Below are positions 1-13,154 of a stretch of DNA of 64,000 nucleotides, one piece after another. Source of the stretch: Kondoa subrosea (taxonomy: Eukaryota); assembly GCA_039545335.1 (NCBI GenBank), contig BCIN01000004.1, forward strand, positions 1,478,925 through 1,542,924, given 5' to 3'. Within the stretch, counting starts at the first letter, position 1; every line of letters starts with the position of its first letter. The notes beneath the pieces were generated by a model, which did not search any database, had not been told where the DNA came from, and worked only from the letters and a program-made list of their open reading frames with translations. The position numbers were made by a program, and so were the translations under genes.

Positions 1-690
1 GGCATAACAGATCTGCATCAAGCGGCTGAAGCTCAAAGAGATCAACAAGCGCGGCCACTTCCTGCTCTACCACCTTTTGAACAGCAAAAGCAGCAGCAAG
101 TCTACTCTTCATCTCCTTCTACACCTCGACGGCCTCAGCCATCTTCTTTTGTAGCACCAGTCGAAGCCCTGTCTCTCAATTCCCCTCGTCCATCAGTGGA
201 TGGTTGTGATGCTTCTTCTGCTATGGACATGGACGAATTAAATGCCATGGGCGAAGAATTCGACACGCCCGTTCTTCCTCTTCCATCAACACCTCGAGCA
301 CAAACTGGCAATCGCGCAACTATCGCAAATCGTCGGAAGCGCTCGTTCACACCCCCTTCTTCTGGTTCTAGCTCATCCTCCGGATCGAGCTGGGGCTCTC
401 TTCCACCCACACCCGATACACCTACTTTTCTTCGAGGTATACAAACACGCCATGCACCCGCACCTGCCGACATCGCGGTAGCAGTTGACAAAATCGGCAA
501 TCTGGTCAGCCCCACAAGCTCGAAAGGCTCTTTCAAACACTACTATGACCGCTATGCATCTTGGGCCTCGACAACAAGCGACGATGAGGCAGAAATCATT
601 CGCATCGACTCTCCAAACCCGCAATGTCGTCTGGATTCGGCATTCAAACCGGTTTCGCGAAGGCAGTCTCCTTCGGTGCGCTGTGCATGA
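1..690 (+). CDS. 3' part of a low-complexity Ser/Pro-rich protein, truncated by the window start; function unknown
   Basis: Frame 1 is open from base 1 (GITDLHQAAEAQRDQQ...) through the ORF 196-690 to TGA at 688-690. No recognisable domain in this part. Confidence 0.6.
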   Translation, partial: GITDLHQAAEAQRDQQARPLPALPPFEQQKQQQVYSSSPSTPRRPQPSSFVAPVEALSLNSPRPSVDGCDASSAMDMDELNAMGEEFDTPVLPLPSTPRAQTGNRATIANRRKRSFTPPSSGSSSSSGSSWGSLPPTPDTPTFLRGIQTRHAPAPADIAVAVDKIGNLVSPTSSKGSFKHYYDRYASWASTTSDDEAEIIRIDSPNPQCRLDSAFKPVSRRQSPSVRCA

Positions 691-908
691 TGTATAAGGT
701 GTCAACTGTTTGATGTATAGACGAAGCTTGAAATGCTTCCTGTTGTTATTGTAAGAGGTGTACTACTTAGATATTATCAAATAATTGTATAGCTACAATG
801 TAACACATAGTAATAGCAATATAAATGCATGAGTTTGATACTCGCTGAACTTTCAAACGTATTGCATAATGTGCCCAAGCAATGTATTGTTTCTCAGTAT
901 TAGGAGGA

Positions 909-3900
909 TCATCTGCCCATTGCAACTTTGCTGTACGATGCGGGAGCCAGCCTCTGCTTGATCCACTTGATGACAACCAGCGGAAACGCGCTAACAGCTA
1001 AAGTCGAGGTTAGCCTCCTAATACTTCGCCAAGAGGCTGAATCATCTCACCCACTATGATGCTGACCTTCCAAAGAAAGGTGATAGATAGCACAAAATTC
1101 AGATCTTTATAAGAATCGGATCAGAAGCGGATAATGCGAGCAGTATGAGAGCGGACCAAAGTATTGGGGTAAGAACGCCATGCTGAAAGCATATAGTGCT
1201 AAAGACCCAACTTCCGCTACAACCATGAGAGGGTGCCTATATTGACAAATCAGTCAAGCATTCGCGTGCAGAGATGGACCGCCTACCATGTCGTAACTTC
1301 AGTCGCAACCTGCAGCGAAACACAAATCGGCTCAAGTTCAAATGTGAACAGAGTAGAACACTGACCATGACGAGCTCGTTCAGTATGGTAGCGGTAAAGG
1401 CAATAGCTACGATATTAATGAACTCTGTCTCAAATAGCAGCATGCTCGAGATCATGATTGCGCCGCCTGTAGATCAGATCAGAGGATACAGTGAGAGATC
1501 GCTGTTTCAAGCAAACCTTGATAAACGGATATCATAACCCATATGAAAAATGTCTTGTACGACAATGAACGACCCTGCAGTAGTCTTTATCAAGGACATG
1601 TCGGGAAACACGAGGCGCAATCTACCTTAGTCAGTTCCTGTTCGACAGACACGTCAGACGGACACAACAATGCGGAAAATATTTGCTAACAGCATAGAGC
1701 TCGGGGTAGAGAAGTGAAAGATCTTCGTTGAGATCGGTGTCTAATACAAGACTAAACACTGGGCCCATTGTATAGCTGTAGTATTATTAGTACGAAGAAA
1801 AGGAAGAGTATGTGGAATTCACATTGTTGCATAGCCAACCGAAAGCCAATCTTGGAAGATAGCTACCGGGGAGAAGTAGACTATAGATGAAAACACCGCT
1901 TGAATTATAGCAACAAGAAGTCCGCGATGAATGATGAATTGAGCAAGCTTGGCTGAGCGTTTGTAGGAATTGCGTCCGTGCCAACATAATAGCTTGCTCA
2001 GATAGCTGAATTGGAGGATCGAGAAGTCGGCAGCAAGAGAAGCTTGTTTCCCTTCCTTGCCTACGATTCCTAGCCCGACATCAGCAGCTTGAATCATGCT
2101 GACATCATTGCCCCCGTCGCCAACGCAGCACACCCTTTTCTTAGTAAAAGACCGAATGAGCCGCGCTACATCTGCTTTCTGAGTTGGAGAGCATCGACAT
2201 GCGACCACTGTTGGCAGCTTAGTAGCCAGCTCGATGAATTCGTCTTGAAAGTATGTTAAGTAGAGCTTTGCAGAACTCTGAATCTCGGTCCTTATGTACG
2301 ACAGAGCATGACTGACTTGTAACGATTCCCCGTCAATGACCAGACAACAGTCGAGTTTACTGCGCAAGAAATCCAACTCATCGCGAGCAACACTCGATGA
2401 CCGCACTGGAAGATCAGTCAGTCTTGCGTTCGGCAGAAGCAGATGTGCTCCATCTCACGCTTTGCTATCTGACGAATATATTGATTCCGCGCTACAAGCT
2501 TGCTTGATATGGCAATGCACGTAGCTGTCTCTATTTTGTCACCTGTCAACATCCAAATCTTGATGCCGGCGTTACGCAACAGTTCTAAGGTCAGTCGCAC
2601 ATCATCTTGCAACTTGTCTTCTACGCCAGTGACGCCTAAGAGCTCCAAATTCCGCTCTAGATGTTCGGTCACAACACTGGCAACGGCTTCGTTCCGATCT
2701 TCAGTCTTCACTCGAGCTTGCCGCAATGCGCTTTCAAAGTTCTTCCAAGACTCCTCGCTTAGACGTTTGCGACCTATGACAAGCGTTCTCAGGCCTTCGC
2801 GAGCCATATTACCACATTCTTCTTCCAGCCAATCGTTCTGTTGCACAATCTGCGCCATGATGACATCTGCGCCTTTCTGATAGAAAATGACTTCTTGCGT
2901 GAGTAGATCGCGGACGACTAAGCCCATACGTTTGGATTCTGACGTGAAAGGAAAGATATCCAAGATTTCGAAACCAAGCGTGAAGCCAGAATGACTTCGA
3001 AGTTCCATCTTGGTGCGATCTCGTTGAACCAGACTGAGCCCTACTGATTCTGTCCATCTGACTATAGCGACTTCATCAGGTGATGAAGCCTGATAAGTGA
3101 GAATATTGTCTTCGTCGATAACAGGCGTGACCTAAACTTGGATCAATGCAGTAGGTCAAACAATGTGCAGATACTTACATTATGACATAGAGCAAGAGCA
3201 AGAACCACATCACGAACTCTAGAAGACATATCACGTCGGCCTCTCGTTATGATAGCAGAAGGTCCAATGAAAGAATCTCGCTTCTGATTAGGATCCTTGG
3301 ATTCTGCTACGAAAATCAACACTACTGAGTACCGGTTGCAGTTGGTGCTTACCTGTGACACTAGCAGCCTCGAATGCGGAATTAAGCTGAGCTGCAACTT
3401 CGTCCATCGAATCAGCTCCATAGGACATTGTTCCCAGATGCAGCTTTTTCAGCTCCATCTCTACATTATGAACTGATTGAGACCTTGATGACGTACAAGG
3501 AGAAAGCAAGACTGACCGTTTTGGGTCAGCGTTCCAGTTTTATCGCTAAGCAAATACTCTATCCGACCAAGTTCTTCGGGCAATGTACTAGTTCTTACAA
3601 TTGTCCCGGGTATCTCGTTATCGTTCATGATCTGATGCGCGTAGACGGTTTTGCCCATGTCGAGATTGACTCTCAGTCTAGAGACATACATAAGCTGACT
3701 GAATTGACTGTAGCGACCCAGAGACTTACGAGATTGGGATGATAGAGGAGAAGAGAATGAGAAAACGGAAGACATAGATATACCATTGACCTCTGAAGCC
3801 ATTAAGTGCAACCAGAACGACAGAAAGGGTGAAGGTGACAGCGCAAAGGATCTGAGCAAGTGAATCAGATTACAGCTTACCGAGTGCGCGATTTGGTAGA

Positions 3901-5432
3901 TCACCTTTGCCAATCGGTTAATCTCCATATCCAGCAGACCGACTTTCGTTTCGGGATGACTAGTATTCATTACCGCTCGAGTTTCTCTTCCTGTGTATAT
4001 CACGAATCCTATAGCTTGACCAGCAGCTAAGACGGTGTTTGACCAAAGCAGGTTATCAGCTGAAAGAGGGTAAGTTTGAGGTTCGAATTCCGTTGTAAGT
4101 GTAGCGAGGGGTTGAGAAGAAGGGAGTCGTGATTTAATAGTGAGAGTACCAACAAAGGTATGGATGTCTTTGGTTGGAGGGTCGGCTACCTTGAATCAAT
4201 TAGAGGTCATAGGCTTGACCAAAGGAAAGGGAAGACTTACCATATATTTCAGCATCTAATTCCAATAATAGTCTCTCACTTGTTATACTCTGCGTACACT
4301 CGATAGCTACTCTAGATTTCCAATCCGTTTCGCCATCCAATTGATCCGTTCGTATAAAGCAAGTTCCAGAAGATTCGCTCGTTCTCAATAAAACACAATC
4401 TGCTGGTACTCTTTGATTCTTTTCTATAAGCACTAAATCTCCAACCCGTAATCTTGATGATGGTATAGAACGTAAAGGTGGAATGCCGCCTGAAGCTTCT
4501 GGATCAGGTGAAGAAGACAAATGATGGGATATAGAAGAAGTGGTATTGTTGTATGTGGGTGATATAGTTGAGTCTAAAATTTGGTATCGTTCAGAGTTGG
4601 CTGCCTGATCCCTTTGATGTCGTTTGTAATCGTCGTATGCTTCTTTTCCAATAGTCACAATCAGCACAAAGGCCAGTGGGACGATGTATGTCGCTAGAAA
4701 GCCTGTACTCACTGTCAGAGACGTGTGAGCTATTCCCTATGCAGTGACTGACCTATTCTGAGCGCAGGCACTATCTGACTTACAGCGACAAGAAGAAAGT
4801 ACAAATTGAAGAAGAACTTGAATTGCTCATAAAGGACGATGGGTAAGAAGCTGACGACGTTGTATTTCTGATTTCGAACAATATTTGGCGGATAACGAGA
4901 GCGTAATTTGTCTGTGTACAGTTTCTGAGCAGTTCATCTACATTCATACACGACAAGTCCTACCTGGCGCATTATTAGGTATTGTTCTCGGCCGTGTAGC
5001 TCTTGGTGCTCTGCCTCTGAAAGCGTTCCAGCGAGACTTTGTTTCAAGCTTAAGTTTGACTGTATCTGAAGTTGTCGAAGCCAGAGTAGCAGCATCTTGC
5101 TCTTCCTGACCATCTGCACCTTTCCAACCTTGATCATAGACTCCCTCAATCTCTCCTTCGCCTATCGTGCTTCTCTCGACAGGTAGCAACAAGTTTGTGC
5201 TTTCCTCGTCGTCTGCAGGCAGTCCAGCAGCTCGCTTCCATTTCTTGTTACGCAGAGTAGCAGTAGATCTAGAGTTCCGCAACCTCTGACTCGTACTTTG
5301 GCTGCCTGTTCTTGAAGCATCATGCATTGATCTGTTCAAGGAGCGCAAAGCAATGTTGCTCTTGCTGCTGCTGTTAAGAGAATCAAGGGCAGAAAAGGAT
5401 CCTGTAGGTGATTCTGATTCGGAGGGATCCAT
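909..5432 (-). CDS. NEO1: P4-type ATPase / phospholipid flippase, Neo1/ATP9 subfamily (multi-exon)
   Basis: Motifs [19 protein letters not shown] (phosphorylated Asp), [33 protein letters not shown] and [11 protein letters not shown]. The last exon reads ...[14 protein letters not shown] with the stop at 909-911. Includes a 12-nt exon at 1626-1637. Confidence 0.95.
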
Positions 5433-5564
5433 CCATTAGCCCTGCTGTTGTGCGAATGTCAACAAAAAGATCGTCGTGTCAGAGCGACAAGTCAGAAACG
5501 CGGAAATGGAATGATGCTTTAATGATATTCTATACAATACTTCTATACTCTAATAGACTCGCTT

Positions 5565-6216
5565 TCACGGTGCTTGCGCATTCAACAGAGAGTTATTTCT
5601 TTCCTTTGCCTTGAATGCAAGCGAATTAAGCATATTAAGCAGTAAAAGAAAGCATTGAAGCATACCATTCGCGATTGCCAGCTCTTCGATACGACATCAT
5701 CTGTTTGAGCGATTAGCAAATTTCATTATGAGCTCGTAGAAACCACTCACAGACATTCTGTACATAACAGTTGCATTGATTAGCTGAAGCACTCAGGCCG
5801 TAGCCGAGTACATACAAAGAACCTCTCCGTGCACCTGTTCAGGCATCTGATACCAAATGAAGACGATTTAGTGCATCATCAAATGACACAACCATGAAAC
5901 TTACGCTTCATCGTTATGCGATAGCGATTCTCCAGGCTTTGTAATGCAAGCCTGAAGCATATGTCTTTAGATCACGGTAGATACAGTTGAGACTTGCACG
6001 AACCTTGTAGCAGCTGTCATTGAGTTTCTGTTCGATGGCAAACTCAGCATATTTAGACAGTAGCTGGGTGAAGAAGAGCATTACATTGATCAACTCCTGC
6101 TGAATCTCAATCTCTGCAGCGGCCGAAACTTGTTGCTTGAGTGCAGCAGCTCGTTCAGCGGGACTTTGAGTTGAAGTGCTGCCAGCAGAACCTCTGGATC
6201 CAAAAAGTGAAGACAT
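5565..6216 (-). CDS. TIM13: Mitochondrial intermembrane-space small Tim chaperone, Tim13-like
   Basis: Spliced product MSSLFG...QQELINKLNDSCYKACITKPGESLSHNDEACLNRCTERFFNVYDVVSKSWQSRMAKERNN...; twin CX3C motifs (CYKAC, CLNRC). Includes a 7-nt exon at 5751-5757. Confidence 0.85.
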
Positions 6217-6432
6217 TCCGATATTATAGCTTCTAAGAGTTGCTACCGCCCTGAGTATCGTGAGTGCTGACAGTACACAGTGGGGCTCACCTAGGGCACT
6301 TGGCTGTTCAGTGGCACATGAATGCGATTTTGGATTTTTCCGACTCTTGTCTTGTCCAAAACCGTCGAGAGCTTCATTGTCTTCTCGTCACTTTCTCACA
6401 CACTACTTTCTACAACAAACTCATACAATAAT

Positions 6433-7954
6433 ATGAGCGGAGAAGCTTGTTAGTCGCCCTATTTGCCTCATACATTCCTCTCGCCGTTTTCGGTCAATTC
6501 GACCCTTAATTCTACTCTCTGGCACCGTGCCGCCTAGTCCAGAGCCTCACTCGACTCATTACACATCCTTTGGCTGTATTTCGAGCCGAAACGCATCATT
6601 TTTGAGCAAGAAATATTGACTATACTGTTTTTCGCTTCAAACAGCTTGGGATAACCCTGCCTCTGGCTACGCTGATGATCGTGCCGGTGGAGGTGCTTCA
6701 TGGGAGGGCAACGGTGCATCAGGAGGAGCGGGAGGAGGAGGTGGAGGTGGAAGAGGTCGTTCTCCTTCACCAGGTCGAAACGACAGAAGATCAAGAAGTC
6801 CTGATCGCCGTATGGACACCGACCGTCGCGACGATGATCGTGGCCGTTCTGACAACAGAGGGTGAGTTTCCTTCGTCATTCTTTTATATTCTGTTGCTAA
6901 AAAGACTTGCTTCTAGCCGAGGAGACAACAGCGGTCACAACCCTGGCAACAACTTGCACATTTCTGGTCTCAGCGGTCGAGTCGAAGAACGTGATCTTGA
7001 AGATGCTTTCGCCAAATATGGCCGTGTAAGCTCTTCTCGTCGATTTCGATGATTTTGGCTGATCCTGTTCTACGATAGGTTCAAAAAGCTCAAGTTATGC
7101 GTGACCCTCACACCAAAGATCCTCGTGGCTTTGGTTTCGTTACTATGGAGACTCCTGAAGAAGCTGAAGCTGCAACTGCTGCTTTGAATGCCACTGAACT
7201 TGGCGGCAAAGTCATTTCAATCGAAAAGGTCAGCTTATCTTGACAAGCGCTCCATAACCACTTCTGATATTTTCTTTTCAGGCTCGTCGTGGCAGAGCTC
7301 GTACTCGTATGTCTGCCTAAAGCAAGAAGTTTGAGCAAAACTGAGTCTCCGCTTCAAGCAACACCTGGAATGTACCATGGTCCTCCAAAGCCTCGCGAAG
7401 CAGATGACCGATACCGTTCGTCATACCGCGATGATCGCTACCGTGATGACCGCTACGACCGATATCGTGACGATGATCGAGGGTGAGTGGTCAAACTAAT
7501 TTGACTTTATGATCTTGCAACAGCCCCATCTGATCGTGCACCTCGTTCAAGCTATGGTGGATCTTCTTACGCTCGCCCAATGCGAGATGATCGTCGAGTG
7601 CGGTTTCGAGATTGCTCTTGACAAAACGTCTTTGCTTATCGTTCCTTGCAGGACCCGTACGATGACAGAGATCGCCGTGACAGATACGATGAGTATGTCA
7701 TCAGCTTATCCTCTGCTCTTGGCGAGTCATTGACCTTTCTGCAGCCGACGTGGTTCCGACCGCGATTACCGCCGCGATGAGTGAGCTAAATATTACGATA
7801 TGCAAACCAAAGCTTATACACATATCAACAGCAGATACGATGATCGCCGCTCGTCATCTGTAAGTGCTCGACCACCGGTCGACCGTCGATACGCCTAAAC
7901 TCTGTCCTCTACCCGCAGCGCTATGACGATTATGATCGCAGATCTCGTTACTAA
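6433..7954 (+). CDS. Single-RRM RNA-binding protein with RS/RD-rich arms (Tra2/SR-like splicing regulator)
   Basis: N-terminal GRGRSPSPGR..RSRSP; RRM NPGNNLHISGL...RDPHTKDPRGFGFVTM...IEKARRGRARTPTPGMYHGP; RD/RY-rich tail ending DRRSRY* at 7952-7954. Confidence 0.85.
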
Positions 7955-9121
7955 GCAAGTCATTGGATATACGGTTCAACAGAAAGCAGCTGCGGAATGT
8001 TTTTGAAATCGGAATCAGTACAAAAAAGCTTTGAAATCGGGGTCGGTCGATAAAACACACAAAAAGGTTTCTTCGCGCTACTACTTCTCTCTCGAAATGC
8101 GGCTCTGTCCTGTACAAACAAAATTACACAAACCACAATGTCCTCAGCTCGCATACCTTTATCATTGCCTGTAATCATGTCGACTTCTCGTTAATGCTCT
8201 TTCGGCGACAGCAGGCCGATCTCGGTAGCACTAATTCGGCTCGCTCTCAGGTGCCATCCATAGCATAATCTGCTCGCACAAACGGTAAGAAGATCCAGTC
8301 TGCGCTGCGCTTCGATTCGGTCCCATTCAGCTTTTTACGTGCATATGATAAGGAGGTTTGGCGATACTTCTTCGCAGTTCTATACATCCGCTACGTAAGC
8401 ACGTTGCGGGTCAACCGGAAAGAACCTCACACCTTCATTTCGCGCTACGAATCCCCTCAGATCATGGTTCGCAATCCAGCACAGTCCTGCTCCTCGCTGG
8501 AATCTGCGGTAAATGTAGATGTTCCCTCTTCAAATAGGACGCGCCAACTGGCATTACCTCGCGATGTAAGTAAGTGAATGATAAGGCAATGTCGACAAAT
8601 GAATAAAGTATTTGCAAAGCCTTGAGTCAGAGTACTTCTGGTTCTTGCTTTCATTCGAGTCGTTGCGAGTTCATTCCTCGTCGTTCTGGTTTCCATGCTC
8701 GTTCTTTTCCCTACCGAGTTGCGTAAGCAATCTTACTTTTCGCTGATCTTCAGCTCTCGATCCCTGCTGCGCTCTTTCTAGCTATCTTACTTCCGTTCGA
8801 TGTGTGTATGCTATTCTAGAGAGTTGCGTCTTTCCCACAAAAGTCTCGTATTCAGTTGTTATTGTTTATTGTTGATGCACCTGTTCATGCGATCCTGCGA
8901 ATGAATTCCCACACCTTTCAGAGCGCAAAGGAGCTCAAACTAGCGATCTGCATTACAGACAAGTGAAGTTATGTTATGTTGCGCCACTTTGAGCAAGCTT
9001 GTTCCCTTCGAGACGGGTGAAGCGAATATAGATATTATTTCCTTGCGCCATATATGAATCAACCTTTCTACAACCCTGTCAATCCGCTGTCCGGCAGCTT
9101 CTACACGCTCTATCAAAATCG

Positions 9122-10734
9122 CTACACTGACTCTTCCTCTTCTTTCACTTTGTCATCACTCTCCAGCGTAACATTCAACACTCTTGAATTATGCTGTAGT
9201 CTGTTGGTATTGATACCTGTCAATGCTGTACCGATTTCGGTCGAAATTGGGCGGTTTTTGAGTTTTAGGTACGAATCCAAACAGAAGGGTACAGCGATGA
9301 TTAGCCCAAAAACAGCGTTGACCCTGATAAGGACTATAAGAAGGAATAATACAGTGCGAGACGGGATGCACGAACCAAAAGTAGACCAACATCTGATTTG
9401 GTGATGCTCCGTAGCCTGTCCTACTGGCGAGCGCAGCACTGACCAACAGGCCTGTTGCATAGAGATACACTGTTGCAAGGTGAATTACAATCTTTATAGT
9501 GAGGTATTGAGCATAAGTCGGTGACGAAAAATTGCAAGTCTCACGTATGTATATCTCCACTGACTACTTTTGCTAATTGCCGTTACTGGTACGTAACTCT
9601 GAGCCAAAGGAGACATCGAAAGAGATTTCGTTGGCGTAAGATCCTTTCGAAGGCTTTTTTGATCACGGATAGCTTTCGAAATCTTTCCGATCAAAATCAT
9701 ACAAAAAGGTGTGTAGGCCTGTTTCACAGAACTTGGTTAGATAGGTGTCAAGTACAGTTCATAGAAGAGGGTTTACCAATATAAGCATACTACATAGAAC
9801 CATGGCTATGATCTGGCAAGATTTTCTGTACCCAGAGTAAGAGGTACCAAGCCGAATCCCATTCTTTATACCAGCTCCAACCATCTCGCCAGATATAGTG
9901 CGGGTCACAACTGAATTCAGTTCTCCAAGAGATTTCTCAACTGCATCGAAGAATCGAAGTGATGCCAAAGTCCAGAGTGAACTATTGTTGTAAAGGCATT
10001 CTCAGCTAATGTAAAATCACAAAGGCATACAAATAATATACGAGATGACGATGACGGCCAAAATCAGGCATGGAGCCAAACACATGACCGCAAAATTGAG
10101 GGTCTTGGCAACTGTCGCTTTTTTGCCGCCAATATTCGACGCTATGCACGCGGCTATGATTTGCGATAGAGTCAGGTAGAGACCTCCAGCTATAGGCGGA
10201 CGGGTTCAGTTCTAATTTGGACAAAGGGTTAATAATGGAACTCGCTAGCGATGAAAATAACGTTGTGCGGGAAGATGTGAGAGAATAGCGGTGCAGGATA
10301 GCGCCCTTCAGTCAAGCTGGTATGACATATTAAGGCGGCTTCGAAAAGGAGGACTGTTTCGGAGCTTCAATGGATACAGCAAGACCAGCGAAGCAAGCAA
10401 CTGACGAATATTGTAGGGTATACAGGCTATTTGATAGATGAAAGAACCGCTATAGGTTGAAGGTAAGCGGGTTGATAACTTTGAGATCCTTGACTGACTT
10501 GGGAGAGATGTACTCATTACCATTGTGATGCACGCGCTTGAAAAGCCACCTTTCTTCTGGCTTCCTCAATCGGTATACCAAAGTGATTAGATGTAAGACA
10601 AGCGTGCTAGCTATTGCAAAGCAAATGACGCCAAACTCGATCGTGAATGCCGAGGAAGTCTTTGCGAAGACAGCTTGAAAGATCAGGTGCCGTATCAATG
10701 CCGCGTTGCCAGGAGTTACAGAAACGAAGGACAT
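9122..10734 (-). CDS. Multi-pass (about 6-7 TM) membrane protein of unknown function, multi-exon
   Basis: Consecutive hydrophobic exons joined by short introns: FTIEFGVICFAIASTLVLHLITLVY, NVIFIATGGLYLTLSQIIAACIA, FAVMCLAPCLILAVIVISYII, IVIHLATVYLYATGLLVSAALA, VNAVFGLIIAVPFCL. Acidic tail ending ...EEEESV*. Confidence 0.65.
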
Positions 10735-11884
10735 CTGCCCTCCGAAATGGCGCGATTCCACTTGACAGGCTCGAAACTGTTGAAGCTATACTTGGAAAGG
10801 GAAAGAGAAGTTCATCGATGAGTGCAGCAACAGCGCATGTGAGCAGCCTTCACGAGCGATGGTGAGAAAGGAGAATAGTAAGAGAATGACAAAATAAAGC
10901 GGACGGATTTAGGCATAAACAACAAGGCGGATCGCAATTTGCATTGATTGCCAATCGTGCGCGTGAAGGCCGGACCTGGCCCTGCCTGACGCCTTCCGAA
11001 ATTGCCAATGCTTTTCAAGGACTTCGAGCTGTTATGCTACAGCCTACCGCAGCACATGTCTCGGGAAAAGCTGTTGCATGAAACAGGTTGCATTAGCTTG
11101 ATGCCCGAATTGGCGATGGGCCAGATGATGGAGTTGCGCCAGAGCTCGCTGCAGAGGATCTGTTCATCATTCGATGGTATCCTCACTCAGACCAACTCGG
11201 ACAGTCGACGTCGAAGGAAGAAACACATGCCGATGGTTTTCCCAATTCAACGTGCCTCTTGTCGGATCTACTGGCCTATTGGAGCCCTGATATCAGCAGC
11301 TCTGTGACATCCCTGCTTGCTCAAGACTTTCCATTGGCCTTGATGGTGCTCGTGCTGACAGCCTTAAATCTTTCTGCTTCGACTCTTCTCTGCTGTATCG
11401 AGTGTACTCGACTGCTCAATGCCCTGTGATTCTTACTCTCTTTCATCACTTGCATGAACCTGATCAGGCTGCCTCGAAGCTCTTGCTATCGATCGCTTGC
11501 TGTAGCGATTATGACTTCTCACATTTTCCCGCGGACTCTGGATGGAGAATTTAATGCTCGCTACAGATTAATATAGAGCAACAGGCAGAATTACAGCTAC
11601 TACGATTCTAGTCTACTCTAGCCGGCCCCAAGCGGACAAACCATCTTCTCACTTGTCTCTTGTGTGGTTTCGCTAGTGTGCCACACGTTCTATTTCATTG
11701 TTCGAGAAGTAGCTCGTCAGCCAGCGCCAAGCTCTTCATTCGGATCTCTTTCCAGATTAGCTTCGGACAAAGGATAAACTTCGGATGAAGAAGTTGTCTT
11801 CTTTTTTTTGCTTTTGCCTTGCAACCGCTCTTGTCCTCTTCTGCCATCATCTTTACTTTCTTACCGCTTCACGAATATCGCAAT

Positions 11885-13154
11885 ATGATCGGTCTAGCCG
11901 CAAGTTCTGACGAGAAGAAGCACGATCTTGTGACCGAGATAGAGGTAGCCGAGTCTCTGATAGCATGATCGCCCTGCTGAAATCTCCATCAGGATCTTCC
12001 TGCTTGGTATCACTACAATGAATTCATTCATACTGGCTATCGACGGCAAATGAGCTCGTAAGCGATCTTGTCTAGAACCAAAGAAGCCGCTGAAAGACTG
12101 CTCAGCTTCGCCAAATGCGCTCTGAGCTCCTTCTATATGCACAATGAAAGTTGTGAGTTACTGTCAGTAAGTTACGTTGCTGTCCGCTAATTTGGCTAGT
12201 CAACATCTGGTCTCATTTGCTGGAAGGTAAATTCGATCTGCCCTTTGTGAGGCAATCGCCGCTGATACGACGAATTAGCTGCTCTATTTCTTGCTATCGC
12301 TTATGGTCCTCTGTCTACGAGCTTATGGGACAAGCTCGACTCCCTTTCTCATGGCATGCTCATCAATCCTTTGCCAAATCATCAATATGGTGTTACTCTT
12401 ATTGATACCTTGGTTTTCTATTGCTTCCTCCTTGGGGCGATCTTCCTCTTCTGCGCTTCTGCTTCCTTTCACACCTTCCGATGTCATTCTGCTACAGTCT
12501 GCCATACATGCAGCATCGTGGATCATTTGGGAATCGTAGTTCTGATCATTGTATGTCCCTCAGACATACAGATAGTCTTCCAAGACTTACAAGTCATTGC
12601 AGACCAGCTTTATACCCGGAATCTATTACTTGTATTGGTCTCAGCCTATCCTGCAATTCGTCTATATTGCCATGATCGTCATCCTCGGGACTGCTACTGC
12701 CAAAATGGTCGTCGATCCAGATTATCGTAGTGAGTTCTGCAGCATTCACGAGGTTTGACCTCTTATCGCTATTCAGAACCGGAGTACTCAAGAATCAAAG
12801 CTCGCTTATACGTCTTGACTGCTCTCAGTGGAGTGCTTCCGCTACTTCATTGCATCATACGCGATGGGGTATGTCCTTAAAACTTTGAATTCAGAACTCT
12901 GCTAAAGCAATATACAGTATCACGGCGCCAACTCCATTGGACTGTCTTGGTACATGGTCGAGGCTGGCTTCTATATCCTGGGTGCCGTTTTATATGCCGA
13001 ACGAATCCCTGAATCCCTGGCGCCTGGGTACTTTGATCAAGTCTCTTCTCATACACTCTTTCATATCGCTGTCAATGCTGGCGCTATAGCTCACTACTGC
13101 GCCATTTCGACTGCTTTCACATATCGCCACTTTCAAGATATAGCACGACCCTGA
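11885..13154 (+). CDS. PAQR / haemolysin-III family membrane protein (Izh/AdipoR-like)
   Basis: DLPAWYHYNEFIHTGYR, MHNESVNIWSH, SASFHTFRCHS, VDHLGIV, YAERIPESLAPGYFD and SSHTLFH; includes the conserved His ligands of the family. Confidence 0.9.

Noticed and set aside
8000..10800. Mating-type locus (STE3 receptor plus pheromone precursor)
   Set aside because: The multi-TM protein lacks Ste3 motifs, and I found no short ORF ending in a CAAX box nearby.
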